Position numbers and translations under genes: made by a program
Shown here: positions 18,868 to 27,695 of the stretch, one piece after another
How the letters are laid out: each line of letters opens with the position of its first letter
Numbering within the stretch: position 1 is the stretch's first letter
Assembly: GCA_046290225.1 (NCBI GenBank)
Contig: JBKAGE010000037.1
Span: 128,001-192,000 of the forward strand
Reading direction: 5' to 3'
From: Bradymonadia bacterium
GTDB lineage: Bacteria; Myxococcota_A; Bradymonadia; UBA7976; UBA1532
Length of the DNA stretch: 64,000 nucleotides
Notes under the pieces: generated by a model
Told to the model about the DNA's origin: nothing
Seen by the model: only the letters and a program-made list of their open reading frames with translations
Databases searched by the model: none

Positions 18868-20286
18868 TCAGGCCTCCTCCTCGGTGAGCGACGCCGTCGC
18901 CGACGGCCGCGCTGCAGCCGCTTCGAGTAAACCTCCGCCTCCATGGGGCGGCTCGTCACCTTCGGGCTCTGGCGGTCCGTGGGTGATTTTGTTGTGTAGT
19001 ACGAAGATCCAGACCGCGAAGAGCAGGGCGTAGATGAGCCCGAACATGATGATCGAGCTCAACACCATCTCCCCGGTCACCGCCTGCGAGAGGCCATCGC
19101 TGGTCCGCAGCTCGCCATAGACGATCCAGGGCTGTCGTCCCACCTCCGCAGCGACCCAGCCCGCCTGATTGGCCAGATAGGGCGCAATGACGCCGACGAC
19201 GAAGAGCCACAGCACCGGGCGATTGTCGAAGAGCTTCTTGCGCCACAACAAAAACATGCCCAGGGCGGTGAGCCCGATCATGGCCATGCCCAGAGCCGCC
19301 ATGAGGTGATAGCTCAAGAACGGGATCATCACTGGGGGTCGATCCGCCTCGGGGAACGCGTCGAGGCCCTTCACCGGGGCGTCGAAGTCCTGGTGCAGCA
19401 AGAAGCTCAGCCCGCCAGGGATCTTGAGGCCGAAGTGCACCTCGCCTGTCTCCACGTCGGGGATCCCGAACAGGTAGAGATCCGCGGGGCCGGTCTCGAA
19501 ATGCCCTTCGAATGCCGCGAGCTTCGCCGGCTGGGTCTGCGACACCTTGTCGGCCTGGCTGTGACCCGACACCAGGATCGCCACCGACGAGACTGCGGCC
19601 ATGACCAGGGCCGTGGAGAACGATCGTCGGGCAAAGTCGACGTGGCGCTTCTTGAGCAGGTACCAGGCGCTGATGCTCAACACCACGAAGGCCCCCTGGA
19701 TCCACGATCCGAGCACCACGTGGCCGAGCCTGTGCATCGACGAGGGGTTGAAGACCATGGCCCAGAAGTCGGTGATCTCCGCCCGAGCAGCGAGGCCTTC
19801 GCCGACGATGTGATATCCCGCCGGGGTCTGCTGCCAGCTGTTGGCGATGACGATCCACACCGCGCTGAAGGTGCTGCCCAGGGCCACCATGACGGTGGAG
19901 AAGAAGTGCATCTTGCGGCTGACGCGATCCCAGCCGAAGACCAGCACGGCGAGGAAGCCCGATTCCAAGAAGAAGGCGAAGATGCCCTCCGCGGCGAGGG
20001 CGGATCCGAAGACGTCGCCGACGAACCTCGAGTACACCGCCCAGTTGGTGCCGAACTCGAACTCCATGACGATGCCCGTGGCCACCCCCATGGCGAAGTT
20101 CACCGCGAAGATGCGGGTCCAGAAGCGGGCCATGGCTTCGTAGCGTCGATCACCGGTCTTGAGCCACTTGGCCTCGATGAGCACCAGGAAGGCGCCGAGG
20201 CCGATGGAGAGGGGTGGGAAGATGTAGTGGAACATGATGGTGAAGGCGAACTGCAATCGCGACAGGAACAAGACGTCGAGATCCAT
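18868..20286 (-). CDS. cydA: Cytochrome bd ubiquinol oxidase subunit I
   Basis: [75 protein letters not shown]. Confidence 0.96.
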   Translation of the reverse strand: MDLDVLFLSRLQFAFTIMFHYIFPPLSIGLGAFLVLIEAKWLKTGDRRYEAMARFWTRIFAVNFAMGVATGIVMEFEFGTNWAVYSRFVGDVFGSALAAEGIFAFFLESGFLAVLVFGWDRVSRKMHFFSTVMVALGSTFSAVWIVIANSWQQTPAGYHIVGEGLAARAEITDFWAMVFNPSSMHRLGHVVLGSWIQGAFVVLSISAWYLLKKRHVDFARRSFSTALVMAAVSSVAILVSGHSQADKVSQTQPAKLAAFEGHFETGPADLYLFGIPDVETGEVHFGLKIPGGLSFLLHQDFDAPVKGLDAFPEADRPPVMIPFLSYHLMAALGMAMIGLTALGMFLLWRKKLFDNRPVLWLFVVGVIAPYLANQAGWVAAEVGRQPWIVYGELRTSDGLSQAVTGEMVLSSIIMFGLIYALLFAVWIFVLHNKITHGPPEPEGDEPPHGGGGLLEAAAARPSATASLTEEEA

Positions 20287-20510
20287 GCGGTGACTCCTTC
20301 GGTGGGTCTCACCGAGGGTGCTGCAAACCCGACACCAGGGCCAATCTCCACGATTTTTTGCCCACGTGATGGCTCACTGGGGCATTGTGCCGCGCTCGGC
20401 GTGAGCGCTCTGATCCCACCGCGCAGTTTTGCCGCACCGCCCTCAGCGACACAGACCTGCAGCGTCTCTCGATTCACAGCATCATGCTGCGATTTACAGC
20501 ATTCACAGCC

Positions 20511-20519
20511 TGTGGATAA
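20511..20519 (-). promoter_or_regulatory. Perfect DnaA box (TTATCCACA)
   Basis: TGTGGATAA on the + strand in the cydA / LysM-gene divergent intergenic region; single copy. Confidence 0.4.
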
Positions 20520-20581
20520 CTCTGTGCCTTTTTCATCGATTTTCTTTGAGATTCAGCCATCTGCGGTTACCCCAAGAGGTA

Positions 20582-20597
20582 TGGCACGGTCGCTGCT
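20582..20597 (+). promoter_or_regulatory. Sigma-54 (-24/-12) promoter candidate for the LysM gene
   Basis: TGGCACG-GTCG-CTGCT has exact GG-N10-GC spacing and lies 37 bp before the ATG at 20634. Confidence 0.6.
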
Positions 20598-20633
20598 TTT
20601 GAGGCAGCGTATCAACACCTACGGAGATCGAAG

Positions 20634-21347
20634 ATGCGCGACTTGCGTCATACCCTGAGCGCCATGGCCCTGTTGTCTCTCGCCACCCTCACCGGCTGTG
20701 GTGGGGAAGAGCCCACCAAGGTCGAGCCTCCGCCGAAGAAAGTGATCATGGGTGCGCCCACGATCCAGGCGCCGGCGCCTGAGGCCCCACTCGGCCGAGC
20801 CCCCGCCGAGGCGCCAGAGGCTCAGCCTGTAGGCGGCCAGCCGCTGCACATCCCCCTGGGTGAAGCGGATCGCCCTGCGCCGGAGCCTCCCCAGCCTGCG
20901 CCGGCAGACGACGCCCCCGGTGAGGTGCTCGCTGGTGGCTCGGCCCACATCAAGGTGGCCTCCGGTGAGAGCTTTGGCCGACTGGCCAAATGGGCCGGCA
21001 TCAGCGCCCGCGCCATCGCCGAGCACAACGATCTGCCCCTCAATGATCCGTTGCAGATCGGGCAGTCGCTGCACATGCCCCTCAAGGGCAAGGCCCTCGC
21101 CGACTTCACCGACAAGCGTCGGGCGTTCGCCAAGGGCCGGGTGAACAAGTTCTTCAAGCGGAAGGGCGGCCTCGAAGAGGTGGTGGAGTACACCGTGAAG
21201 CGCGGCGATCGGGCCACGAAGATCGCCCGCAAGCACGGCCTGCCTCTCTGGATCCTGATCAGCTACAACGCCAAGACGGATCTCAACAGCTTGTCGATCG
21301 GCGATGTGATTCAGGTGCCCATCACGGGCAACTACGCCAGCCGCTGA
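20634..21347 (+). CDS. LysM peptidoglycan-binding lipoprotein (2 LysM domains)
   Basis: Lipobox LTG-C, Pro-rich linker, HIKVASGESFGRLAKWAG..IAEHNDL..LQIGQSLHMP and YTVKRGDRATKIARKHG..LISYN..LSIGDVIQVP. Confidence 0.88.
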   Translation: MRDLRHTLSAMALLSLATLTGCGGEEPTKVEPPPKKVIMGAPTIQAPAPEAPLGRAPAEAPEAQPVGGQPLHIPLGEADRPAPEPPQPAPADDAPGEVLAGGSAHIKVASGESFGRLAKWAGISARAIAEHNDLPLNDPLQIGQSLHMPLKGKALADFTDKRRAFAKGRVNKFFKRKGGLEEVVEYTVKRGDRATKIARKHGLPLWILISYNAKTDLNSLSIGDVIQVPITGNYASR

Positions 21348-21354
21348 GCACGGT

Positions 21355-22110
21355 TTACCACCAGCGCTCCAGCCGTATCCGATCTGCAGAAACCCCCTGC
21401 ACCCACAGCTGCTGCTCAAGATCGTCCACCATGGCGGGCGGACCCGAGAGATAGATCGGGGCGCGCTCGCTGGGGCACACCGCCAGAATGTCATGGGCGC
21501 TCAGTCGCCCTCTGTGTGTGCCTTCAGGGCCACTCTCGGTAAACGTCGTGTGCACCTGCAACCGCGCATCAGCGGCGAGCGCATCGATCACCTCGGAGAA
21601 CGGATGCGCTTCGGGTGACTTCACGCTGTACATCAACACCCCTCTGCCTTCGATCTCGGGCCGAGCCACGAAGGCCTTCACCATGGCCAGCAGCGGCGTG
21701 ATGCCGATGCCCCCAGCCACCCACACCGCGTCGGGCTCGATCTCTGGATCGTAGACACACGGGCCGTCGCCGCCGGTGAGGATCACCTGGTCGCCCACCT
21801 GAGCCTCGTCGTGCATCCAGGCGCTCACTCGATGTCGGCTGCGGCGGATCGCCAGCTCGAGGCGTGTGGGTGTGTCTGGGTCCCATGGCGAGATCATCGA
21901 ATAGCCCCCGATGTGGGCTTCACCATCGAGGGTGATTTGCAGATCGACCCACTGGCCTGGCAGCCACCGCAGGCCCGGTCGCTGGACCTCGAGGACGACG
22001 TGCATCACCCCAGGGGTCTCGGCCTGTAGAGCGGTGATGTGGGCATAGCGACGGGTGACGATGGGCAGCTCGACGGCGTCAGACCGCCGAGCGGGCGTCG
22101 AATCGGACAT
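21355..22110 (-). CDS. FAD/NAD(P)-binding oxidoreductase, ferredoxin-reductase-like (OXNAD1-like)
   Basis: PGQWVDL, GGYSMIS, LELAIR, VAGGIGITPLLAM, YLSGPPAMVD, C-terminal ERWW. Confidence 0.85.
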   Translation of the reverse strand: MSDSTPARRSDAVELPIVTRRYAHITALQAETPGVMHVVLEVQRPGLRWLPGQWVDLQITLDGEAHIGGYSMISPWDPDTPTRLELAIRRSRHRVSAWMHDEAQVGDQVILTGGDGPCVYDPEIEPDAVWVAGGIGITPLLAMVKAFVARPEIEGRGVLMYSVKSPEAHPFSEVIDALAADARLQVHTTFTESGPEGTHRGRLSAHDILAVCPSERAPIYLSGPPAMVDDLEQQLWVQGVSADRIRLERWW

Positions 22111-22185
22111 GGTGCTCACTTGCGACAAACGAATTTTTCCGATTGTCTTTGGCCTCACGCCTGAATCAAGCACTCTGCGATTTCA

Positions 22186-23394
22186 ATGTCTGATCCCAAG
22201 CGCGCCCCGAAGGGCAACCGTGGACGGCGCGGGCCCCGTAAGGGCCCCCCTGCACCAGAAGATCGAGCGGCCCGCATTGTCCGTGACCTGCGGGCCCTGG
22301 CTCACCAGCTCGGCCGCGACATGCCCGGTGGTGCTGGCCAGATGCCTCAACAACTGTCGGTGGCCCTCGAGGTGGCCCTCAGCCGGGAGACTGCAGACGC
22401 CGCGGCGGCCTCGCAGCTCATGTCGGCCATCGAAGACGGCCTGCACAACGCCCGACAGGCGCAAGCGCCCTTTCCCATGGGCCGGGTCCCCTGCTTTCGC
22501 AGCGGCACCACGGATGGCCCTCAGAGCGTGCCGCCGACGCCGACTTCGGTGTTCAACGGTCACGCCGCCACGGGCAAGCCCACCTGGATCGAGTTCACCT
22601 CGCTCTGCCTCGAGCGCCGTGAGCCCCGGGTGAGCGCCCTGTATCGGGATCCCCCTGCGGCCATCGGGCTGGTGCAGCTGGCAGAAGATCTCGGAGAGCC
22701 GCTGCTCCCTGAGTTCGAAAGCCTCGCCGCAGGGCATCAGATCCTCGGGCAAGTGTCGGTGGGCCTGATCCCCGGGCCGGCCCTGGGCATCGATGGTGAC
22801 GTGGGCCGTGTAGCCTTCAGCCTGCAGGTGGTGAGCCTCAAAGGCGGCGCAGGCCGTCTGATGCTCAACCTGATCGGCCTCGACGAGCGCGCCCTGCTCG
22901 AGGCGGCCCATGGCGGCAGCGATCGGGCTGAGGGGCTGCTCAAGGCGATCAAGGCCACGCGGCGGCGGCTTCGCTCGCTCAAGCGTCGCCAGGTGACGCA
23001 GCGCACCGAGGGTCAGGATCTACCCGGCGTGCTGCACCGCACCCGCGTAGAGCTGGAGCGCGCCCTGAGCCCGGATCGCCGCCGGACGAAGCACGCTCAA
23101 AACCGACACGAGAGCGGAGATCGTCCGACGCTGAGCGCGGTGGGTGACGCCACCTCGGCCCCCCTCGAGCGCCTGATGGAAGACACGCAGCGCAAGACGA
23201 TCGTGGTGCTGGGCCGCCGCGGCCGCGCCCACATCTTCTCGCGAGAGGGCCGCCACGTCACCAGCCTGAAGCTGGAGCCGGGTGAGCTGGAGCGCAAGAC
23301 GATCCGCCGCCGCTGGCGCCCGTTGTCTGAAGCGCAGGCCCGGCAGTTTCAGAGCAACTTGTCTACGCGCACACGACGCAATGCCGACGGCTGA
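22186..23394 (+). CDS. Hypothetical protein (basic N- and C-termini)
   Basis: 402-aa ORF with host-like codon usage; no family recognised. Confidence 0.6.
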   Translation: MSDPKRAPKGNRGRRGPRKGPPAPEDRAARIVRDLRALAHQLGRDMPGGAGQMPQQLSVALEVALSRETADAAAASQLMSAIEDGLHNARQAQAPFPMGRVPCFRSGTTDGPQSVPPTPTSVFNGHAATGKPTWIEFTSLCLERREPRVSALYRDPPAAIGLVQLAEDLGEPLLPEFESLAAGHQILGQVSVGLIPGPALGIDGDVGRVAFSLQVVSLKGGAGRLMLNLIGLDERALLEAAHGGSDRAEGLLKAIKATRRRLRSLKRRQVTQRTEGQDLPGVLHRTRVELERALSPDRRRTKHAQNRHESGDRPTLSAVGDATSAPLERLMEDTQRKTIVVLGRRGRAHIFSREGRHVTSLKLEPGELERKTIRRRWRPLSEAQARQFQSNLSTRTRRNADG

Positions 23395-23410
23395 AAGCGG
23401 TCGGCTGTGC

Positions 23411-23474
23411 TTGGAGCGGACGACCGCGCTGCGCGCCGTCTGTAGCGGACGGTCATCGCCTTGCGGCGACAGCC
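23411..23474. repeat. REP-like repeat unit (CTGTAGCGGACG family)
   Basis: TTGGAGCGGACGACCGCGCTGCGCGCCGTCTGTAGCGGACGGTCATCGCC..GCGGCGACAGCC, closely matching 54699-54763 and the reverse complement of 55034-55074; sits between convergent genes. Confidence 0.75.
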
Positions 23475-23482
23475 CAAACGGC

Positions 23483-24823
23483 TCACTCGATGATCGAGTA
23501 CCGGCGCCGCGTCTCCTGAGGCGTTGCACAGTTGAAGTGCCACCACTCGTTGTCCAGGGGCAGAAACCCCGCCCGCACCATCACCTCTCGAAGCAACAGG
23601 CGGTTCCCCAACTGCTCCGCCGTGAGCTTGCCCTTGATGCGCAGGGGCACCTCTCGGCGGGGCTCCGCCTCGGGGCCGAAGTGGTCGAATTTCGTGCCCA
23701 TGTCGATGTCTCGGCCCTCAGCGTCAGCGAGGGTGAGATCGATGGCGCAGCCGTAGTTGTGGATCGAGCCCGCGCCCTTGTCGGGGTTGGCGACGTAGGG
23801 GGCTTGAGGCGTGCCCTTCACCACCGCCCACATCTGCCGCTGGACCGACCGCGGTCGGGCACAGTCATAGGCGTGCAGGCGCAGCTCTGGAGCGCGCGTC
23901 TTCAGATGTGCAGCGGCAGAGGCCAGCATCTCGGCGGCGTCGCGCTGCATCAGACACTGATCGAGCTTGCCGGCGTACACCGCCTTGCCCAGAAAGTTGT
24001 CCGTGGTGGCGTACTTCAACTCTACCTGCAGCGAGGGCACCACTGTGGTGGCGTCGACGAGGCCCGTACCGGCCACCACAGGCAGGCCCAGACGCTGTTG
24101 ATGCTGCTGATAGACCGCTTGGGGCATTTGCACCAGCAGTGGCTTCGCCGACGGTCGCAGCCATGTGACGATCGTCTTCAGCGCGGAGGCCTTCATCGCC
24201 GTACACCCTGCGGTGCCCTTCTTCGCCGAGCGCCAGACGTGCAGAAAAATACAGCTGCCGTCACCCGGGGTGGGCGACCCGCTGAGCAGGCCGTTGTGAT
24301 CCACGGTGACCAGGAGCTGGTAGAGATGATCTCTGCGCTTGAGCACCTCAGCTGAGCGCCATGGGGGCTTGCCCGTCGGGGCGTCCACGAGCTGGTTGTA
24401 TTGCGCCGCCTTCGGATCATCGACGCAGCGCGCCTGCCCTGTAGAGGGGGTGTACTTCAGCGTGGCCCCTTGAGGGGGCTCTGCGGCGTAGCCCATGGCC
24501 TCACCCAGGGCAAAGATCCCAGCAGGGGCCTTGCCATCCCCTTCCCGCTTTCGGGGGCCTTGCTGATCTTCGCGCTCGGGGAGCACGCCTCGACCCCAGC
24601 CGAGGCCCTTGCGGCCCACCACCACCGGCACAGATGCGCCCACGGCCTTCCATGGGCCCTCGTAGCGCTCGAAACGCTGCAGGCGGCCCTGGTGCGCAGA
24701 CCAGTCGTCGGTGATCACCACCACGAGCTGATCGCCCAGGCTCACAGCTGGTTCACCGCCTGCCTGGGCTGAGGCGCCGAGGAGCATGGCGGTAGAGAGG
24801 ATGCCAAGCACAGCAGGGCTCAT
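23483..24823 (-). CDS. Secreted fusion: L,D-transpeptidase-like (YkuD) domain + D-Ala-D-Ala dipeptidase (VanX/DdpX, M15D)
   Basis: Signal peptide; KREGDGKAPAGIF..GSCIFLHVWRSAKKGTAGC (His/Cys); ELKYATTDNFLG, YDCARP, SIHNYGCAIDLTL, DMGTKFDHF, EWWHF. Confidence 0.85.
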   Translation of the reverse strand: MSPAVLGILSTAMLLGASAQAGGEPAVSLGDQLVVVITDDWSAHQGRLQRFERYEGPWKAVGASVPVVVGRKGLGWGRGVLPEREDQQGPRKREGDGKAPAGIFALGEAMGYAAEPPQGATLKYTPSTGQARCVDDPKAAQYNQLVDAPTGKPPWRSAEVLKRRDHLYQLLVTVDHNGLLSGSPTPGDGSCIFLHVWRSAKKGTAGCTAMKASALKTIVTWLRPSAKPLLVQMPQAVYQQHQQRLGLPVVAGTGLVDATTVVPSLQVELKYATTDNFLGKAVYAGKLDQCLMQRDAAEMLASAAAHLKTRAPELRLHAYDCARPRSVQRQMWAVVKGTPQAPYVANPDKGAGSIHNYGCAIDLTLADAEGRDIDMGTKFDHFGPEAEPRREVPLRIKGKLTAEQLGNRLLLREVMVRAGFLPLDNEWWHFNCATPQETRRRYSIIE

Positions 24824-25902
24824 CGGGTCTCCGTCGGGCAGGGGGGCACCGCCGAGGGCAACATGCGGCCTTCTTCGACGATGTGGCTCATGGGCTCACC
24901 GGGATCGTGGCCATGACGGGGCCACTCTTCGATGCCGTACACATAGCGCAGCTCGACGTTGATGGGCTCGTCGGGGCGCCCCTTGATCTTGGACTCGTTG
25001 AAGTCGAAGCGACGCAGCTTGCCCGGGGGCAGGGTCGAGTCCCAGGTGGTGCGCTTGCCCCCTTTGGGATCAACCTCGAAGCGGCGACCCACGAAGACCT
25101 CGAACATCGCCTCGGGCGCCGTGGAGCGCCACACTCGGGCGTTCATGTGACGGTGCACGTCTCCCGTGGGCACATTGTGGCCTGCACCGACGTTGTGCAC
25201 CCCGACTCTCAAACGCCCCGGCGCTGGCCGGCAGAAGACCAGCTCGAGAGCCTTGTCGAGCATGGCCGGGCTGTGTGCTCCGGGGTAGAGATGCTGGGCA
25301 GGGGTGGCGCTGTGACAGGTGCGGCAGCCATCGGCGCTCTGGGCATGTGGCCCCGCTTGGAACTGCGTCAGCGTGCGCTGCATGGGGTGCTCGGTGAAGC
25401 TCAACGCCTCACCCTTGTCCCCGAAAATCGGGAAGTTGAACTGATGACAGCCCCCACAGAAGTCGGGGTTGCCGAAGTTCGGGTCCACCTGCGTCTCGTG
25501 GATGGATCCTGGACGCTGGCGACGTGCGGTCATGCGGCCAGCGCGTACGTGACAGGCCACACAGGTGATCCCCTCGTCGGCCAGCTCACCGCCGCCGGCG
25601 TTCACCTGAGCCACCTGCTCCATGAGCGGCGCGTGGCAGTTCACACACCAGGCTCGGGGCTGTTGCTGATACTCGAGTTGGAAGATGCCGTTGGTCCACG
25701 ACAGGTGATGTCGGCTGCGAGACCACTCGTCGTAGATCTCTTCGTGGCAGGTGCGGCACTCAGCGGCGCGAAAAGCCGAGATCCCACCCTGCGCGGCGGT
25801 GATGCCCGTATCGATGGGGGTGACGCCTTTGGAGAAGAACCCCGCAGAGGGCCCCCCGGGGCTCGGGGCCATCAGGACCCACACCAGCATCCACACGTGC
25901 AT
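24820..25902 (-). CDS. Pentaheme c-type cytochrome (cytochrome c554-like family)
   Basis: Five CxxCH motifs (CRTCH, CVNCH, CVACH, CGGCH, CRTCH), IYDEWSRSRH, NVGAGHNVPTGD; hydrophobic N-terminus. Confidence 0.85.
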   Translation of the reverse strand: MHVWMLVWVLMAPSPGGPSAGFFSKGVTPIDTGITAAQGGISAFRAAECRTCHEEIYDEWSRSRHHLSWTNGIFQLEYQQQPRAWCVNCHAPLMEQVAQVNAGGGELADEGITCVACHVRAGRMTARRQRPGSIHETQVDPNFGNPDFCGGCHQFNFPIFGDKGEALSFTEHPMQRTLTQFQAGPHAQSADGCRTCHSATPAQHLYPGAHSPAMLDKALELVFCRPAPGRLRVGVHNVGAGHNVPTGDVHRHMNARVWRSTAPEAMFEVFVGRRFEVDPKGGKRTTWDSTLPPGKLRRFDFNESKIKGRPDEPINVELRYVYGIEEWPRHGHDPGEPMSHIVEEGRMLPSAVPPCPTETR

Positions 25903-25929
25903 GTGACCTCAATGCAGCCTCTGTCGATC

Positions 25930-27369
25930 TCAGCGATCGACCACCGGTGCATAGAACGACAAACCGCGGGTGTTTTCATCCACCTTGAGCGGATGATGCA
26001 GCGGCGGGATCGCCCGCTGCGTGCAGTCGACGCGCTCGCAGAGGCGGCAGGTGACCCCGATGGGCACCGCGGCCTCGGTGTTGTCGAGATCCACGCCGTC
26101 GGCGTAGACCAGCTCCCGGGCGTAGCTCACGTCGCAACCCAGGCCCACGGCCTGCATGTTGTGGGTGCCGTGGTAGCCGATGTGGCCCCGAGAGACCGTA
26201 CGGGCCACGCAGAAGTAGCTGGTGCCGTCGGGCATGCGCGACAGCTGCACCCTCACCTGCCCCGGCAGCTGGAAGGCGGCGTGCACGTTCCACTTGGGAC
26301 ACGCCCCGGAGAAGCGGGCGAAGCGGATGCCCGAGCCGCTGAAGCGCTTGGAGATGTTGCCGGCGATGTCCACTCGGATCATGTGGAAGGGCACGCCCTC
26401 GAGGCCCGGACGCCGGAGCGTAGTGAGCCGGTGGCAGATCTGCTCGAAGCTGCTGTTGAAGCGATGCCCCAGGATCTCCACGTCGTAGCGCACCGCCTTT
26501 GCGGCCTCGTGGAATCGCTCGTAGGGCATGATCACCGCCCCGGCGAAGTAGTTCGACAGGGCCACTCGAGCCAGCTTGCGGGACTCGTCACTCGACAGCC
26601 GGGCCTCGTCCACGACGAGGTTGAGGGTGTCGGAGGCCACCAGCAGCCCGATTTGGTGGGCCACCTGGAAGTTCCTGCTGTTGGGGGTGAGGGCCTCCGA
26701 CAGGTAGAGCCGCTTCTGGGTCTCGTCGAAGCGACGCATGACCCCGCGGCTGTCGCTCACGGAGATCACCCGCACCTCGATGCCGTGACGGCGCTCGAGG
26801 TAGTCGGTCATGCTCCGGTAGATGTCGTTCGGATCGAGACGGGCATCGCGCCACAAGCGTTCTGCTGCGTCTTCCAAGGCGGGGAAGTGGTTCGTGTGCC
26901 GCTGCAGCAGCTCGTGCACCTCTTCCGAAGGGATCCGATCCCGATCGAGGCCGTTCGGCGGCTCGTCGCCGTCGGCCACCCGAGCGGCCAGCGTGTCGGC
27001 GGCCTCACGTACCCCGCGGTAGGCCTCGTAGAGGCGGACCACCGCCCGGGCCACCTGAGGCGTCGTAGCGGCGAACTCCCGCAGATCGCTCGCCTTGAGG
27101 TCGTGATCGTCGAACAGGCCGTCGGCGAAGACCTCAAGCAGCTCCGAGACCAACCGGGCCTCGTCATCGGCAGCGAAGCTCTGCAAATCGAGGTTGAACA
27201 GCGTGGCCAGCTTGATGAGCAGCGGGGCCGTGAGGGGCCGCCGGTTGTGCTCAATCAGGTTCAAATAGCTGGCAGAGATGCCCATCTTCTCCGCCAGCTG
27301 CACCTGTGTCAGGCCCTCGCGACGTCGCAGGGTCCGTACTTTGGCGCCGAGCCTCGGTGAATCACTCAT
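25930..27369 (-). CDS. ramB: RamB/PrpR/PccR-type short-chain fatty acyl-CoA regulator (XRE HTH)
   Basis: LGAKVRTLRRREGLTQ..ISASYLNLIEHNRRPLT, NYFAGAVIMPY, SFEQICHRLTTL, RVDIAGNISKRFS, GACPKWNVH, PIGVTCRLCERVDCTQRA; divergent from aceBA. Confidence 0.88.
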   Translation of the reverse strand: MSDSPRLGAKVRTLRRREGLTQVQLAEKMGISASYLNLIEHNRRPLTAPLLIKLATLFNLDLQSFAADDEARLVSELLEVFADGLFDDHDLKASDLREFAATTPQVARAVVRLYEAYRGVREAADTLAARVADGDEPPNGLDRDRIPSEEVHELLQRHTNHFPALEDAAERLWRDARLDPNDIYRSMTDYLERRHGIEVRVISVSDSRGVMRRFDETQKRLYLSEALTPNSRNFQVAHQIGLLVASDTLNLVVDEARLSSDESRKLARVALSNYFAGAVIMPYERFHEAAKAVRYDVEILGHRFNSSFEQICHRLTTLRRPGLEGVPFHMIRVDIAGNISKRFSGSGIRFARFSGACPKWNVHAAFQLPGQVRVQLSRMPDGTSYFCVARTVSRGHIGYHGTHNMQAVGLGCDVSYARELVYADGVDLDNTEAAVPIGVTCRLCERVDCTQRAIPPLHHPLKVDENTRGLSFYAPVVDR

Positions 27370-27499
27370 CTCACTCTCGCTTCCTGAGCCGACTTGTCCG
27401 TGCATCCGTCGGGCCCCCAATGGACCCTCATGACCCGCTCGTCGAATGCCGTCGGCTCATCCAGTGTGACACGGGTATTTCAGCCAGATTTTTGTACTG

Positions 27500-27610
27500 A
27501 TGACAATTGACAACTTTTCAATAAGGTCATTTACAACCATTTACAGACTATCATTACCCTCACACGTCTTGTATTGACTTGGCCTTGGCGCTTAGTAAAC
27601 ATTTGACTCA
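27500..27610. promoter_or_regulatory. AT-rich divergent promoter with tandem repeats, probable RamB-type operator
   Basis: TGACAA x2 (27501, 27508), CATTTACA x2 at 10-bp period (27528, 27538), and a TTGACT -35-like hexamer at 27574. Confidence 0.5.
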
Positions 27611-27695
27611 CATCTTTCACTGAGTGACGAGCCTGTGCATTGTATGACACCCAAAACGGTGCTGCACCCTCGCATCTCTCCTGGAGACACAGTCG

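Noticed and set aside
20511..20519. Replication origin
   Set aside because: Only one DnaA box, no cluster and no dnaA/dnaN/gidA context.
22186..23394. Possible nuclease/toxin in the C-terminal HIFSREGRHVTS segment
   Set aside because: Resemblance is too vague to support without a profile or structure search; no adjacent immunity-like gene.
24883..27360. 825-aa plus-strand ORF (and similar long ORFs at 7679, 11741, 19306, 27531, 29281, 31730)
   Set aside because: Antisense to well-supported genes (cytochrome/ramB, icd, dsbD, cydA, aceB, aceA, frmA).
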